Of a stretch of 64,000 nucleotides of DNA, positions 37,037-46,769 are shown one piece after another. Origin of the DNA: Candidatus Woesearchaeota archaeon (GTDB taxonomy: Archaea; Nanobdellota; Nanobdellia; Woesearchaeales; GW2011-AR9); the NCBI GenBank assembly GCA_018696595.1, contig JABHQW010000005.1, positions 1 to 64,000 of the forward strand, read 5' to 3'. Each line of letters starts with the position of its first letter. Position 1 is the stretch's first letter. Both the position numbers and the translations under genes were made by a program. The notes under the pieces were generated by a model. It saw nothing but the letters and a program-made list of their open reading frames with translations. It searched no databases and was not told the DNA's origin.

Positions 37037-39067
37037 ATGGTCGAACAAGATACTGATATAAAATTAAACGAAGTATTTGCAGGAAAAGTAGTGAGGAAAG
37101 ATTTAACTAAAACTTTAGGTAAAAGTGAAAATGTTCCAATATATGTAATAGAGTATCTTTTAGGGCAATATTGTGCAACTGATGACGATAATATCATAAA
37201 AGAAGGATTACAAAAAGTTAAAAATATTTTAGCAGATAACTTTGTTCGACCAGATGAAGCTGAAAAAGTAAAATCAAATATCAGGGAAAAAGGATACTAT
37301 ACTGTCATTGATAAAGTCACAGTTAAATTAAATGAAAGACGAGATGTTTATGAAGCAGAATTTTCAAATTTGGGATTAAAGGGTGTTGAAGTAGAACCAA
37401 ATGATGTTAAAAGATTTGAAAAACTTCTTTGCGGAGGTATTTGGTGCATTCTTAAAATAAGCTATTCAACTGAAGAATCTAAAAATCCATTTATTATTGA
37501 AAGTTTAAAACCAATTCAAATTGCTAGTATGAAAATTCAGGAGTTTATAGATGCGAGGGAAAAATTCCAGACTGAAGAGTGGATTGATGTTATTTTAAGA
37601 TCTATAGGGATGGAACCAACTCAATTAGAAGAGAAAACTAAATGGCATATCCTGGAAAGACTTGTACCTTTAATAGAGAATAATTATAATTTAGTAGAAC
37701 TTGGCCCAAGAAGTACAGGAAAATCTCATGTTTACAAAGAAATTTCTGCCAATTCTATTTTAATGTCTGGTGGTCAAACTACAGTTGCAAATCTATTCTA
37801 TAATATGTCCACTAGAAAAATAGGTCTTGTGGGTTATTGGGATGTAGTTGCATTTGATGAAGTTGCAGGAATGAACTTTAAAGATAAAGATGGAATTCAA
37901 ATCATGAAAGATTATATGGCATCAGGATCATTTGCAAGAGGAAAAGAGGAAAAGAATGCTAATGCTTCAATAGTATTTGTAGGTAATATTAATCAAAGCG
38001 TTTCATCATTGTTAAAAACTGCACATCTATTTCAACCATTTCCAGAATCTATGAATAATGATAGTGCTTTCTTTGATAGGATTCATTACTATTTACCTGG
38101 ATGGGAAGTTCCAAAATTTAAACCAGAACATTTCACAGATAGATATGGATTTATTGTTGATTATTTTGCAGAATTTCTAAGGGAAATGAGAAAAAGAAAT
38201 TTTAGTGATCAAATTAGTAGCTATTTCAAACTTGGTAATAACCTAAATCAAAGAGATGTAATTGCAGTTACAAAAACATTCTCTGGATTAATGAAATTAT
38301 TGTATCCTAATCAAAAAGCAACTAAAGAAGAAATACAACAAGTTCTTGAATATTCACTTGAAGGGAGAAGAAGAGTGAAAGAACAACTAAAGAGAATGGG
38401 AGGGATGGAATTCTTTGATGTTAATTTTTCATATATAGATAATGAAACTTTAGAAGAACATTTTGTAAGTGTGCCTGAATCAGGAGGAAACAAATTAATT
38501 CCTGAAGGAGTTATGAATCCAGGACATATATTCACAGTAGGATATGCTAATGGTACAAAAATAGGTGTCTATAAACTTGAATTACAAGTAGTTAATGGAA
38601 CAGGAAAATTTGAAAAATCTGGTTTAAACTCTAATGCCAAAGCAAAAGAAGCCGCAAATACTGCAATAAATTATTTTAAAGCAAATGCTAAAAACATTAG
38701 CCAAATGATCAAGTATAAAGAAAAAGATTATTTCTTACACATACAAGATCAGTATGGTGTTGGTCTAACTTCAGACATTGCTCTTGCATACTTCATTAGT
38801 TTATGCTCTGGATCATTAAATAAGCCAGTAGATGAACAATTAGTGGTGTTAGGTACTATGACTATAGGTGGATCTATTAATTCAATAGAGAACCTAGCAG
38901 ATCAATTACAAATATGTTTGGAAGCAGGAGCAAAGAAAATATTATTGCCTATGTCTTCTGCAGGAAAAATGTCTTCAGTACCTCCGGAATTATTTAGTAA
39001 ATTTCAAATTGCATTTTATTCAGACCCAATAGATGCAGTTTACAAAGCATTGGGGTTTAATCATTAG
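37037..39067 (+). CDS. brxL: BrxL (MCM-like AAA+ with Lon-like domain)
   Basis: GKVVRKDL, ELGPRSTGKSH, VAFDEVAG, AFFDRIH, C-terminal Lon-like domain. Confidence 0.95.
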   Translation: MVEQDTDIKLNEVFAGKVVRKDLTKTLGKSENVPIYVIEYLLGQYCATDDDNIIKEGLQKVKNILADNFVRPDEAEKVKSNIREKGYYTVIDKVTVKLNERRDVYEAEFSNLGLKGVEVEPNDVKRFEKLLCGGIWCILKISYSTEESKNPFIIESLKPIQIASMKIQEFIDAREKFQTEEWIDVILRSIGMEPTQLEEKTKWHILERLVPLIENNYNLVELGPRSTGKSHVYKEISANSILMSGGQTTVANLFYNMSTRKIGLVGYWDVVAFDEVAGMNFKDKDGIQIMKDYMASGSFARGKEEKNANASIVFVGNINQSVSSLLKTAHLFQPFPESMNNDSAFFDRIHYYLPGWEVPKFKPEHFTDRYGFIVDYFAEFLREMRKRNFSDQISSYFKLGNNLNQRDVIAVTKTFSGLMKLLYPNQKATKEEIQQVLEYSLEGRRRVKEQLKRMGGMEFFDVNFSYIDNETLEEHFVSVPESGGNKLIPEGVMNPGHIFTVGYANGTKIGVYKLELQVVNGTGKFEKSGLNSNAKAKEAANTAINYFKANAKNISQMIKYKEKDYFLHIQDQYGVGLTSDIALAYFISLCSGSLNKPVDEQLVVLGTMTIGGSINSIENLADQLQICLEAGAKKILLPMSSAGKMSSVPPELFSKFQIAFYSDPIDAVYKALGFNH

Positions 39068-39075
39068 ATGTTAAA

Positions 39076-42000
39076 ATGACAAACGAAATAAAAACTCAAG
39101 TGGATAAAGCATGTGTGATACTTGCAGGTGCAGGAACTGGTAAATCTTACACTATTAAACAAAAAGCCAAATATCTCGTTGAAGAATTAAAGTATAATCC
39201 TGAAGAAATCCTTTGTCTTACTTTTTCAAATGAAGCAACTAATTCACTAAAGAAAGGAATGCAAGAAGAGATTAATTCAACAGAAGATGTTGATGTTAAA
39301 ACATTTCATGCATTTTGTGCAGATATATTAAGAGAAGAAGGTCATTTAGTTGGCGTTCAAGAAGGTTTTGAGATATTGCTTCCTGATGATGCTAAGATTT
39401 TTATGCATAAATATTTAGAAATTAAACCTTATTGGTCAAACAGATACATAAACACAATATCTACTGCAAAAGATTTTGGTATTAGTATAGATGATATTAA
39501 AGGACATTTGAATAAATTAAAAGAGAACTTGTCTGGAGATAATCTTGAAGAACAAACAACTGAAATGAAAGTTGAATTAAAAACTCTTTATCTTGAAGAA
39601 AACACTAAAGAACTTAGGGAGCGAAAAAAAGAAATACAACAATTCTTGAAGGGATTTGATAATTATTCTAGATTAAAAGAATTTATCAAAGCATGGGATG
39701 ATTTTGACAATTTAAAAAAAGAAAAAAATTATCTTGATTTTTCAGATCTTAATTTTTTTACATTAAAATTATTTAGAGAATTTGGTGCAAAAAAAGATAA
39801 ATACAAATATGTATTTATAGACGAATTTCAAGATACAAATAAATTACAATTTGAGTTAATAGAATTCATTGCAGGACAAAATATCACAGTAGTTGGAGAT
39901 CCAAATCAATCAATTTATGGGTTTAGAGGATCGTATAAAGAAAGTTTTGAACATTTTAAGAAAGTTTTCAAAGTAGAAGAAGTTCATAAACTTGATAAAA
40001 GTTGGAGATCACCAAATCAAATTCTTAATGCATCTCATGAATTAATAAAAAATAATTATGAAAATCCTGAAGATTGTATTAACATTCAAAATGCTAATGG
40101 GGATGAAGGCGATAAAGTTAATGTAATTGAACTTGTAAATAAATATGAAGAAGCTAGATATATTGCTGATTTAGTGCAGAAAAAGATAGATGAAGGAATT
40201 TCTAAAGATGAAATTTGTATTCTTCATAGAACTCATAAACAAGCTGAAGAAATAAAAAAAGCATTAGAACTTAAGAACATACAATTTATTTCAGCAGGAA
40301 AAATAGATCTACTTCAAAAAAGAGAGATAAGGACAGTAATAGGATATTTAAGCATATTATCAAATTTAATTAATAGATCTGGTACTGGGGAACAGTCATG
40401 GTGGGATTTATTTCATTTTCAAAATACATTAAGTCCAGAAGACTCAGTTAAAATTGGAAGATATCTTAAAAAACATAACAAACATGAAATGCCTATAGAA
40501 GATCAAATAGGGATCGATGAATTATTATTAAATTCTATCTCAGAGTTGAACCTATCGAATGAAGCAAAAGTAATTATAAAAAGAGTAGTTGATCTGTTAA
40601 GAGAAATACTTAAATCTTCAAACAAGCCATTACCAGAGATAATCCTTGATATATTTGAAATTTCTGGATTGAATAGGGCTTTTAGTCATCAAAGAAATAT
40701 TCAGAACATTGAAAGTTTAATGAATTTAAAAAAATTCTATGAAATTGCGAAGAATTATTATAATTTACATGAAAAAAATCTAACTGAATTTATTAAGTAT
40801 CTAGAAATGGTTGACACTTTAGGAGTTAGTATAGATGCATCAAAAATATTACACATTGATGCTGTTAGATTAATGACGATTCATGCGTCAAAAGGATTGG
40901 AATTTGATGTAATTATAACTTGTAATCTTGCAAAAGATAGATTCCCTGTTGGTAGGACAAGGAATGAACCATTAATTCCTAAAGAATTGTTACCAGATTT
41001 CAAGGCACAAATAGATGATTGGAAAGAAGAAGGTCTTAATGAAAAGGAAATTGAAAAGAAAATAAAAGATTATGATAAGTCTATTCAATTATTTGAAGAA
41101 AGAAGACTTTGTTATGTAGCTTGGACTAGGGCTAAGAAGGAATTACATTTAACTTATGCAAGAAGTTATAATGATGAACCAGATTCAACGACAAAATCAA
41201 TTTTTTTAGACGAAATAAAATATACTGAAACTTGTGAATTTGTAAAAGATGATGAAGAAAAATCATTATTGATTGCACCAAATTCTAATTATGAAATTTA
41301 CAAATCTATGTTAAAAAATCAATTAATGAACTCTTTAGATACTGAAGGCGTAGATGATTTGAAGAAAAGATTAATCACTTATTTGGTTTGTAGGGATAAA
41401 AAATTAATTGAGGATGATTCATCAGATAAAGCTGAATTACAAAGGCATTTAGATAAATGTAATGAAGATGTATCTGGAATTAAATTTAATTCTTCAGATT
41501 TTACATTTAGTCCAACAGCATTAATTGAATATTCGGAATGTCCAAAAAAGTTTGAACTTAGCAAGATATATCAAATGCCTCAAAGAGGAGATTTTGAATC
41601 AGACGGTGGAGGGGCATCACTTGGATCTTTTATTCATAAAGTCTTAGAATTAGGAGTAGATCAAAAAACAGACAAATTGGAAGGATATATTGAATTAGCA
41701 AAGAAATTAGTTAAAGATAATGAATGGGAATCAATAAATATTAATGATGCAATTCCTTTAATTGAAATATTCTGGGAGAGAAATAAAAATAAAATAAATG
41801 AAAACTCCAAAACTGAATTAAAACTGCCTGTAGAAATCGAAGGTTTTAGATTTTTTGGCCTTGCAGATAGAGTAGATACATTGGATGATGGAACAGTTGA
41901 AATTGTGGATTATAAAACAAATAAAGATGCGATACCTCCTAAAAAAAGGGCATTGCAATTAGGTTTTTACGCATTAGCTCTTCAATCAAAAGGATTCAAA

Positions 42001-42252
42001 GTTTCAAAATTAACATTAGATATGTTAAAACTTGATAAACCAATTGAAATGAAAATTGAAGGTGATGAAGTTATTGCAGTATTGGGTTGTAATAAATCAG
42101 CCAATTTCAAATTATCAGAATTAAAAGCAGAAATAGTTGAATTAACAAAAAGTATAAAGAACGATTATGAACATTCGTTTGATTGTACTGATGATGAAAA
42201 TTCATGTAGATTTTGTGGGTATAAATTTTATTGCCCTAAGTGGGATGAATAA
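39076..42252 (+). CDS. UvrD/PcrA (SF1A) helicase fused to a PD-(D/E)xK nuclease with an Fe-S Cys staple
   Basis: AGAGTGKS, IDEFQD, VGDPNQSIYGFRG, MTIHASKGLEF, EERRLCYVAWTRA; GLADRVD..IVDYKT; ECPKKF plus CRFCGYKFYCP. Confidence 0.9.
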   Translation: MTNEIKTQVDKACVILAGAGTGKSYTIKQKAKYLVEELKYNPEEILCLTFSNEATNSLKKGMQEEINSTEDVDVKTFHAFCADILREEGHLVGVQEGFEILLPDDAKIFMHKYLEIKPYWSNRYINTISTAKDFGISIDDIKGHLNKLKENLSGDNLEEQTTEMKVELKTLYLEENTKELRERKKEIQQFLKGFDNYSRLKEFIKAWDDFDNLKKEKNYLDFSDLNFFTLKLFREFGAKKDKYKYVFIDEFQDTNKLQFELIEFIAGQNITVVGDPNQSIYGFRGSYKESFEHFKKVFKVEEVHKLDKSWRSPNQILNASHELIKNNYENPEDCINIQNANGDEGDKVNVIELVNKYEEARYIADLVQKKIDEGISKDEICILHRTHKQAEEIKKALELKNIQFISAGKIDLLQKREIRTVIGYLSILSNLINRSGTGEQSWWDLFHFQNTLSPEDSVKIGRYLKKHNKHEMPIEDQIGIDELLLNSISELNLSNEAKVIIKRVVDLLREILKSSNKPLPEIILDIFEISGLNRAFSHQRNIQNIESLMNLKKFYEIAKNYYNLHEKNLTEFIKYLEMVDTLGVSIDASKILHIDAVRLMTIHASKGLEFDVIITCNLAKDRFPVGRTRNEPLIPKELLPDFKAQIDDWKEEGLNEKEIEKKIKDYDKSIQLFEERRLCYVAWTRAKKELHLTYARSYNDEPDSTTKSIFLDEIKYTETCEFVKDDEEKSLLIAPNSNYEIYKSMLKNQLMNSLDTEGVDDLKKRLITYLVCRDKKLIEDDSSDKAELQRHLDKCNEDVSGIKFNSSDFTFSPTALIEYSECPKKFELSKIYQMPQRGDFESDGGGASLGSFIHKVLELGVDQKTDKLEGYIELAKKLVKDNEWESININDAIPLIEIFWERNKNKINENSKTELKLPVEIEGFRFFGLADRVDTLDDGTVEIVDYKTNKDAIPPKKRALQLGFYALALQSKGFKVSKLTLDMLKLDKPIEMKIEGDEVIAVLGCNKSANFKLSELKAEIVELTKSIKNDYEHSFDCTDDENSCRFCGYKFYCPKWDE

Positions 42253-42280
42253 AATTATTAATAATTAAGAGGTGTTTATT

Positions 42281-42514
42281 ATGGATAAAAAAGAGGAAAT
42301 TCGTAAAAAAACTTTAGAAGAATTGGAATCTATGAAGGATAATGTAGATAATGCAATTAAGAATATTAAAAATTTCGAAGGAGTTGATTTTGGATATGAA
42401 GTTATGCAAAATGGTGCGTTTATAACAAATATAAAAAATATTATGGATCTATTAAAAGATGATAGATCATTTAATGGTGATTTTTGGGTAATAAAGAATG
42501 AAAAAATAGATTGA
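42281..42514 (+). CDS. Small hypothetical protein
   Basis: ATG after RBS GAGGTG. Confidence 0.55.
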   Translation: MDKKEEIRKKTLEELESMKDNVDNAIKNIKNFEGVDFGYEVMQNGAFITNIKNIMDLLKDDRSFNGDFWVIKNEKID

Positions 42515-42520
42515 ACAAGT

Positions 42521-43294
42521 TTAGTTATACAAAACAATAATCTCAAATTCTTCTTTATCATGATTAATCGCTTGCCAAAGAATATTACATTCTGAATTTA
42601 ATTTCTCAGTACAGATCTCTGCAATTTTATTTATTTCATCCAGAGAAGTATTTTGTGGAACTTTCATAGCAATAAGGTAGTTTGATATGCCTTCATCCTT
42701 TTTTATCAGTTCGTTTAGTTCAGAGGGTTGTTTGAACGAAAAATACGACATCTCACAAGCTTTGTCTAAGACTGATTTATGAACATCAATGAAATCAAGT
42801 CCACAAAGTCCTATTCCAAACATTACTTTTTTCCATTCTCTAAAATTAGGATTTTTTGATAATTCTTCATTATTTTGAATTTTCAAATTAGGTAAATAAT
42901 ATCTATTAACAATGTCTCCTCTTTGAATGATTGTTTGAGCAATTGCGTTAAATTGGTTCTCGTATGATTCAGTTATTTGTGGTATTGGTAATTGATAAGG
43001 TTCTTCATTTTTCGCACCAAACCAACATCCTTCAATTGTTGAAACAAATTTATCATCTTGCTTCGCAATCTTTAACAAAATTAATCCATCAGAAAAAGTT
43101 ATGCTATCATCTTCCCAAGATTCAACATCAAGTTCGTGAGGTATTTCAAATTCTTTATCATTTTGTATATCATTAAGAATCTTAAATACAACTTCTTTGT
43201 TTTCTGGTTTTTCTTCTAATAGTATATGGGCAGTATTAACTACTTCTTCTTTCAAATCTTGATATTTCATTAGTGGATCTGTATATTCTGTCAT
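42521..43294 (-). CDS. Protein with a C-terminal FtsZ C-terminal-domain-like module and no GTPase domain
   Basis: GLCGLDFIDV (T7-loop-like) ... TSLDEINKIAEICTEKLNSECNILWQAINHDKEEFEIIVL; no GGGTG(S/T)G tubulin signature. Confidence 0.65.
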   Translation of the reverse strand: MTEYTDPLMKYQDLKEEVVNTAHILLEEKPENKEVVFKILNDIQNDKEFEIPHELDVESWEDDSITFSDGLILLKIAKQDDKFVSTIEGCWFGAKNEEPYQLPIPQITESYENQFNAIAQTIIQRGDIVNRYYLPNLKIQNNEELSKNPNFREWKKVMFGIGLCGLDFIDVHKSVLDKACEMSYFSFKQPSELNELIKKDEGISNYLIAMKVPQNTSLDEINKIAEICTEKLNSECNILWQAINHDKEEFEIIVLYN

Positions 43295-43424
43295 TTTTTA
43301 TGCCTCAAAACTGTCAAAAACTGTTCCCTTTTCTATGTTTGATATATGGTTTTACCAAAGCAAAAGGGAAAACTAATCATAACTATATGAAAAGTTTAAC
43401 TACTAATAAAAGCTTTTGTTTTTT

Positions 43425-43769
43425 TCAGACTTTTATCACGATGGGGCTTTTTGGAATTTCATCCAGATTGATTATTTGCCAACCTCTACGCTTCCAATGT
43501 ATGACTAATCTTGATTTTACTGGAGGATTTGCTTTAGCTGTATCAATTAATTTCTGAAGTTGCTCTTTCATCTTTGTATCAACAGTCAGTTTTTCTTGTG
43601 AAGTGCTTTTCACTTCATCCAGATAGACTTGACCATCTTCAACAGAGATTACATCACAAACACCGAACTGTCCACAGCCACTTCCAGCAATCCTTTGTGC
43701 AAAACCAGAGCAATTCACAATCTTAACATATTTTCTTTCAGAGTCCTTGATATGTTTTTGTGAAATCAT
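43425..43769 (-). CDS. Hjc-like Holliday junction resolvase (PD-(D/E)xK)
   Basis: ERKYV..RIAGSG..CDVISVEDGQVYLDEVKS; ATGA overlap with the integrase stop. Confidence 0.8.
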   Translation of the reverse strand: MISQKHIKDSERKYVKIVNCSGFAQRIAGSGCGQFGVCDVISVEDGQVYLDEVKSTSQEKLTVDTKMKEQLQKLIDTAKANPPVKSRLVIHWKRRGWQIINLDEIPKSPIVIKV

Positions 43770-45061
43770 TTTTGCACCTCTACAGATTCTTGAGCTTCTT
43801 GAATCAATTTTGTGTTTTCACTAATGTCTCGATTCATTATTTTCATCAATTGCTCTTTTATTGCTGGATTTTGCAACAATTCCATAAGTGCTGGTTCGTA
43901 TCTTTCAAAGCCACTAACTTTTTTCTTGTAGTTGCCTACTTTGTCTGTAAGCATTTTGTTTTCAATTATTAGTTGATCGTTGATTAATCTTTCATCCATT
44001 GATTCAGATTGAAGTATTGCTCTTTCCGAAGAAAATATTTCGTTCATAACTTCAGAATTTTTTACTCCAGCTCTTTTGTAGTAGATGTCTGGTACTCGAC
44101 TTGCAAGATTCCAACCAAATCTGTAGCAAAAGTTTTGGTATGTCTTGATTCTTGTTGCGTAATAGGTGGCACTTGATGCCCTGATTCTGTGTGGAGTTAC
44201 ACTTTTACCTAAAACTTTCATTCCTTTTTGATAAAGTTTGGTTCGTATTGCATCATAGCTGTAATTAAACAAGTATGCTTCTTTGTTGTTTGGGTCTGTA
44301 TGATGTTTTTCAATATACTTTAACAAGTAAATGCTTGACAAGTATAATCCTATGGTTCTTCCATTGCCACTTTTTGCAATTGAGTTTGTTATGTTTATTG
44401 AAACATATCTTGCTTGTGCATTTGGATAAACTATATCTTTAATTTTTAGGTTAAGAATCTCGTTTATCCTTGCTCCAGAATCAAACATTAACATTACTAA
44501 AGTTTTCATCTTGAATTTGGTGAATGAATCTTTCATCAATTGGAGTTCATCTATTGAGTAGATTTGTCCTTCTGGTCTTGGTTCGTAAGTATCCATCCAT
44601 ACTACTTCTTTTGGATAAAATTCATTTTTGCCTTTTAGCCATTTCCAAAATTTTCTTATGACTTTCTTGATGGTTGCTTTAGTTGTTTCTGCATATTCTT
44701 TTCCAGTTAATGGTGATACAAGGATTCCATCTTCCAACTTTTCAACAAAATCTCTCATATCTTGTTCGTTTATTTCTCTGAACTCTTTTCCTTGCATCCA
44801 TCCATCAAAATTTCTTAAAATGCCCATTACTCTTAATGCTCGGCTTTTACCTATTGACCTTTTTTCTTGCTTTTTAGAGGGGTCACCAGTTCGCATATCT
44901 CTTAAATAATGCAAAATGTCACTTTTGTTCACACTTTTACTATCTTCAAAGAATTTAGTTTTGGCTTTATCGTACACAGATTCGTGGTCTTGTATCCATC
45001 TTCGCCCATTTTTGCCTATTCTATCTACTACTGTTTCTACAATTTGTACTTTAGTTTCCAT
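43766..45061 (-). CDS. Tyrosine recombinase/integrase
   Basis: DSGARINE (R), KSG (K), TPHRIR (HxxR), RFGW, PDIY (Y); RBS GGAGGA. Confidence 0.92.
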   Translation of the reverse strand: METKVQIVETVVDRIGKNGRRWIQDHESVYDKAKTKFFEDSKSVNKSDILHYLRDMRTGDPSKKQEKRSIGKSRALRVMGILRNFDGWMQGKEFREINEQDMRDFVEKLEDGILVSPLTGKEYAETTKATIKKVIRKFWKWLKGKNEFYPKEVVWMDTYEPRPEGQIYSIDELQLMKDSFTKFKMKTLVMLMFDSGARINEILNLKIKDIVYPNAQARYVSINITNSIAKSGNGRTIGLYLSSIYLLKYIEKHHTDPNNKEAYLFNYSYDAIRTKLYQKGMKVLGKSVTPHRIRASSATYYATRIKTYQNFCYRFGWNLASRVPDIYYKRAGVKNSEVMNEIFSSERAILQSESMDERLINDQLIIENKMLTDKVGNYKKKVSGFERYEPALMELLQNPAIKEQLMKIMNRDISENTKLIQEAQESVEVQK

Positions 45062-45209
45062 TTTTTTATTCCTCCTTATCGGAGAAATCCAGAATTAGAA
45101 TCCTCAACTTTTTGCCACTTTGTGGACAAGTTTCGTGTCTATGGATTTCAATGATTTGGTATTATCAGTCGCCCTTTGCGTGAACTTGCTTTCAGACGAG
45201 AGATAATAA

Positions 45210-45343
45210 TAGCCCCACGCGGACTTTCAAATCTTCAGGAAGATTTGTAGTCTCCCTAAAGGATATTTGAACCGCGGTCAATGCCTCTCTTTCCCAATAA
45301 AGGGTCCAAAGGGCACTATGATAGTCCACTACACCATGGGGCT
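45210..45343 (-). tRNA. tRNA-Gln(UUG) with two introns: 19 nt at 37/38 (45287-45305) and 42 nt at 59/60 (45224-45265)
   Basis: Spliced sequence AGCCCCATGGTGTAGTGGACTATCATAGTGCCCTTTGGAGGCATTGACCGCGGTTCAAATCCGCGTGGGGCTA; A1-U72; textbook BHB (CUUU/AAAG) at the canonical site. Confidence 0.92.
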
Positions 45344-45394
45344 GTAAGACTATCTTTGTCTAAGTTCTTTATAAAATTTTTGGATAATCTTTCC

Positions 45395-45772
45395 TCAATT
45401 CCCCTTAAACTTTAAGGATAAGGAATTAATACAAAAACGTTTACCCGTAGGTTTTGGGCCATCACGAAACACATGACCTAAGTGTCCACCACATTTCTTG
45501 CAAACAACCTCTTTTCTTGGAATTAATAGTTTAAAATCAGTTTTAAATTCAACAGCATCTTTCTTAGCATCATAAAAACTGGGCCAGCCACAATTAGAAT
45601 CATATTTAGTGTTAGAACCAAATAATTCATTACCACAAGCAGCACAAACATATTTTCCTTTTTTATTATGCTTAACATACTTGCCAGAAAAAGGCGCTTC
45701 TGTTCCTTTCTTTCGAAGAATATGATATTGCTCTTTAGTAAGTTTATTTTTCCATTCTTGTTCAGAAGTCAT
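45395..45772 (-). CDS. msrB: Peptide methionine sulfoxide reductase MsrB
   Basis: [37 protein letters not shown]; start taken at MTSEQ. Confidence 0.95.
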   Translation of the reverse strand: MTSEQEWKNKLTKEQYHILRKKGTEAPFSGKYVKHNKKGKYVCAACGNELFGSNTKYDSNCGWPSFYDAKKDAVEFKTDFKLLIPRKEVVCKKCGGHLGHVFRDGPKPTGKRFCINSLSLKFKGN

Positions 45773-45846
45773 AAACACAAGTAATGCTTTTCTGCTTATA
45801 TAATTTTCTTTAATATACAATCTAAAAAAAGAAAAAAATGCAAAAA

Positions 45847-46269
45847 TTAAATCCCCAACGTTTGCATTAAAACGTATTGTTGTTTCTTGCTAATCTCTTG
45901 ACCTGCAAGAACACTATCGTAAATATTCTTCTCCTCTGATGTCAAAGCATCCATAATGCCCGGACAATCAGATTCCAGTTCACCCATTCTAGCAACAACA
46001 ATGCTTGGATCTAAAGTCTGCGTTAAATTCGAAACTATCCGTCCTATCCGCTCAATATCTCCACTATTTGCACTCTCATGCAAAATAGCACCAATATCAT
46101 CAGCAGGAAGAACCTTTCTGAGATTCGAATCACTAGAGATGGTTCTTCCAATCGCTCCAAGATTATGCGCTCTTACCTCACTCTCAATCATTCCACGAAA
46201 GCCGTACTGGTGAGCCACCAAAACAGTACAAATCATTCCAATTCCAATCAACATTAACATTTCAATCAT
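45847..46269 (-). CDS. Hypothetical protein with N-terminal TM
   Basis: RBS GGAGGT; hydrophobic N-terminus. Confidence 0.6.
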   Translation of the reverse strand: MIEMLMLIGIGMICTVLVAHQYGFRGMIESEVRAHNLGAIGRTISSDSNLRKVLPADDIGAILHESANSGDIERIGRIVSNLTQTLDPSIVVARMGELESDCPGIMDALTSEEKNIYDSVLAGQEISKKQQYVLMQTLGI

Positions 46270-46560
46270 TTTATTTTACCTCCAAAGTATTTTTATTTTT
46301 TATTAATCTCAAAACCAACAATTTAATTTGCCAAGAACTAATTTTCAGACCCCATCAATTCCAGAATTTATTTTCCAGAAACTGTAAGAATTTATATTAG
46401 TTCTAATTGTATTTAATAGAAATAGTGCCAACTAGTAATAAGAAAAGTTCCTTTACCAATACTCATCGTAGTTTTCATAACTATAAAGAATCAGTAAAGG
46501 TATAAGTTACTTCCCCCGAATAAATGAGTCATAATAAGAATTAAATGATAAGAAAAGATA

Positions 46561-46692
46561 TGTGGGCGGCAGGAATTTCGAAAAAACCGCACTTGTTCCA
46601 ATTCATTAAGCACAGCTTAATACTCGAACCTGCGTAAGCACTAAGCTACTGGGTCCTAAGCCCAGCCCATTTGACCACTCTGGCACGCCCAC
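46561..46692 (-). tRNA. tRNA-Leu(UAG) with a 48-nt intron at 59/60 (46575-46622)
   Basis: GTGGGCG acceptor, CTGGG-CTTAGGA-CCCAG anticodon arm, long variable arm, GCAGG-TTCGAG[intron]T-CCTGC; UUCG/CGAA central helix. Confidence 0.92.
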
Positions 46693-46769
46693 ATAATTAT
46701 TCTTTAAAAGAGGTAAACACTTTAAAAACATTTCTATTTAGAAAGCTTAATAGAAAAAAAGGAAGAGGT

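Larger units (their letters stand above)
23121..45216. mobile_element. ~22 kb integrative element/defence island inserted at the tRNA-Gln 3' end
   Basis: Integrase adjacent to tRNA-Gln; degenerate direct repeat TAGCCCCgttcaGAC (23121-23135) vs TAGCCCCacgcgGAC (45210-45224), 11/15 identical; visibly more AT-rich than the flanks; BREX cargo. Confidence 0.8.

Noticed and set aside
42521-43294. A functional ftsZ gene
   Set aside because: No N-terminal GTPase domain or tubulin signature; only the C-terminal-like domain is present.
45120-45200. Hammerhead-like CUGAUAA..GAAA on the minus strand between tRNA-Gln and the integrase
   Set aside because: The core deviates from CUGANGA and stem II is only ~3 bp; not credible.
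23121-45216. Provirus
   Set aside because: No recognisable capsid, terminase, portal or packaging genes; better described as an integrated plasmid or defence island.
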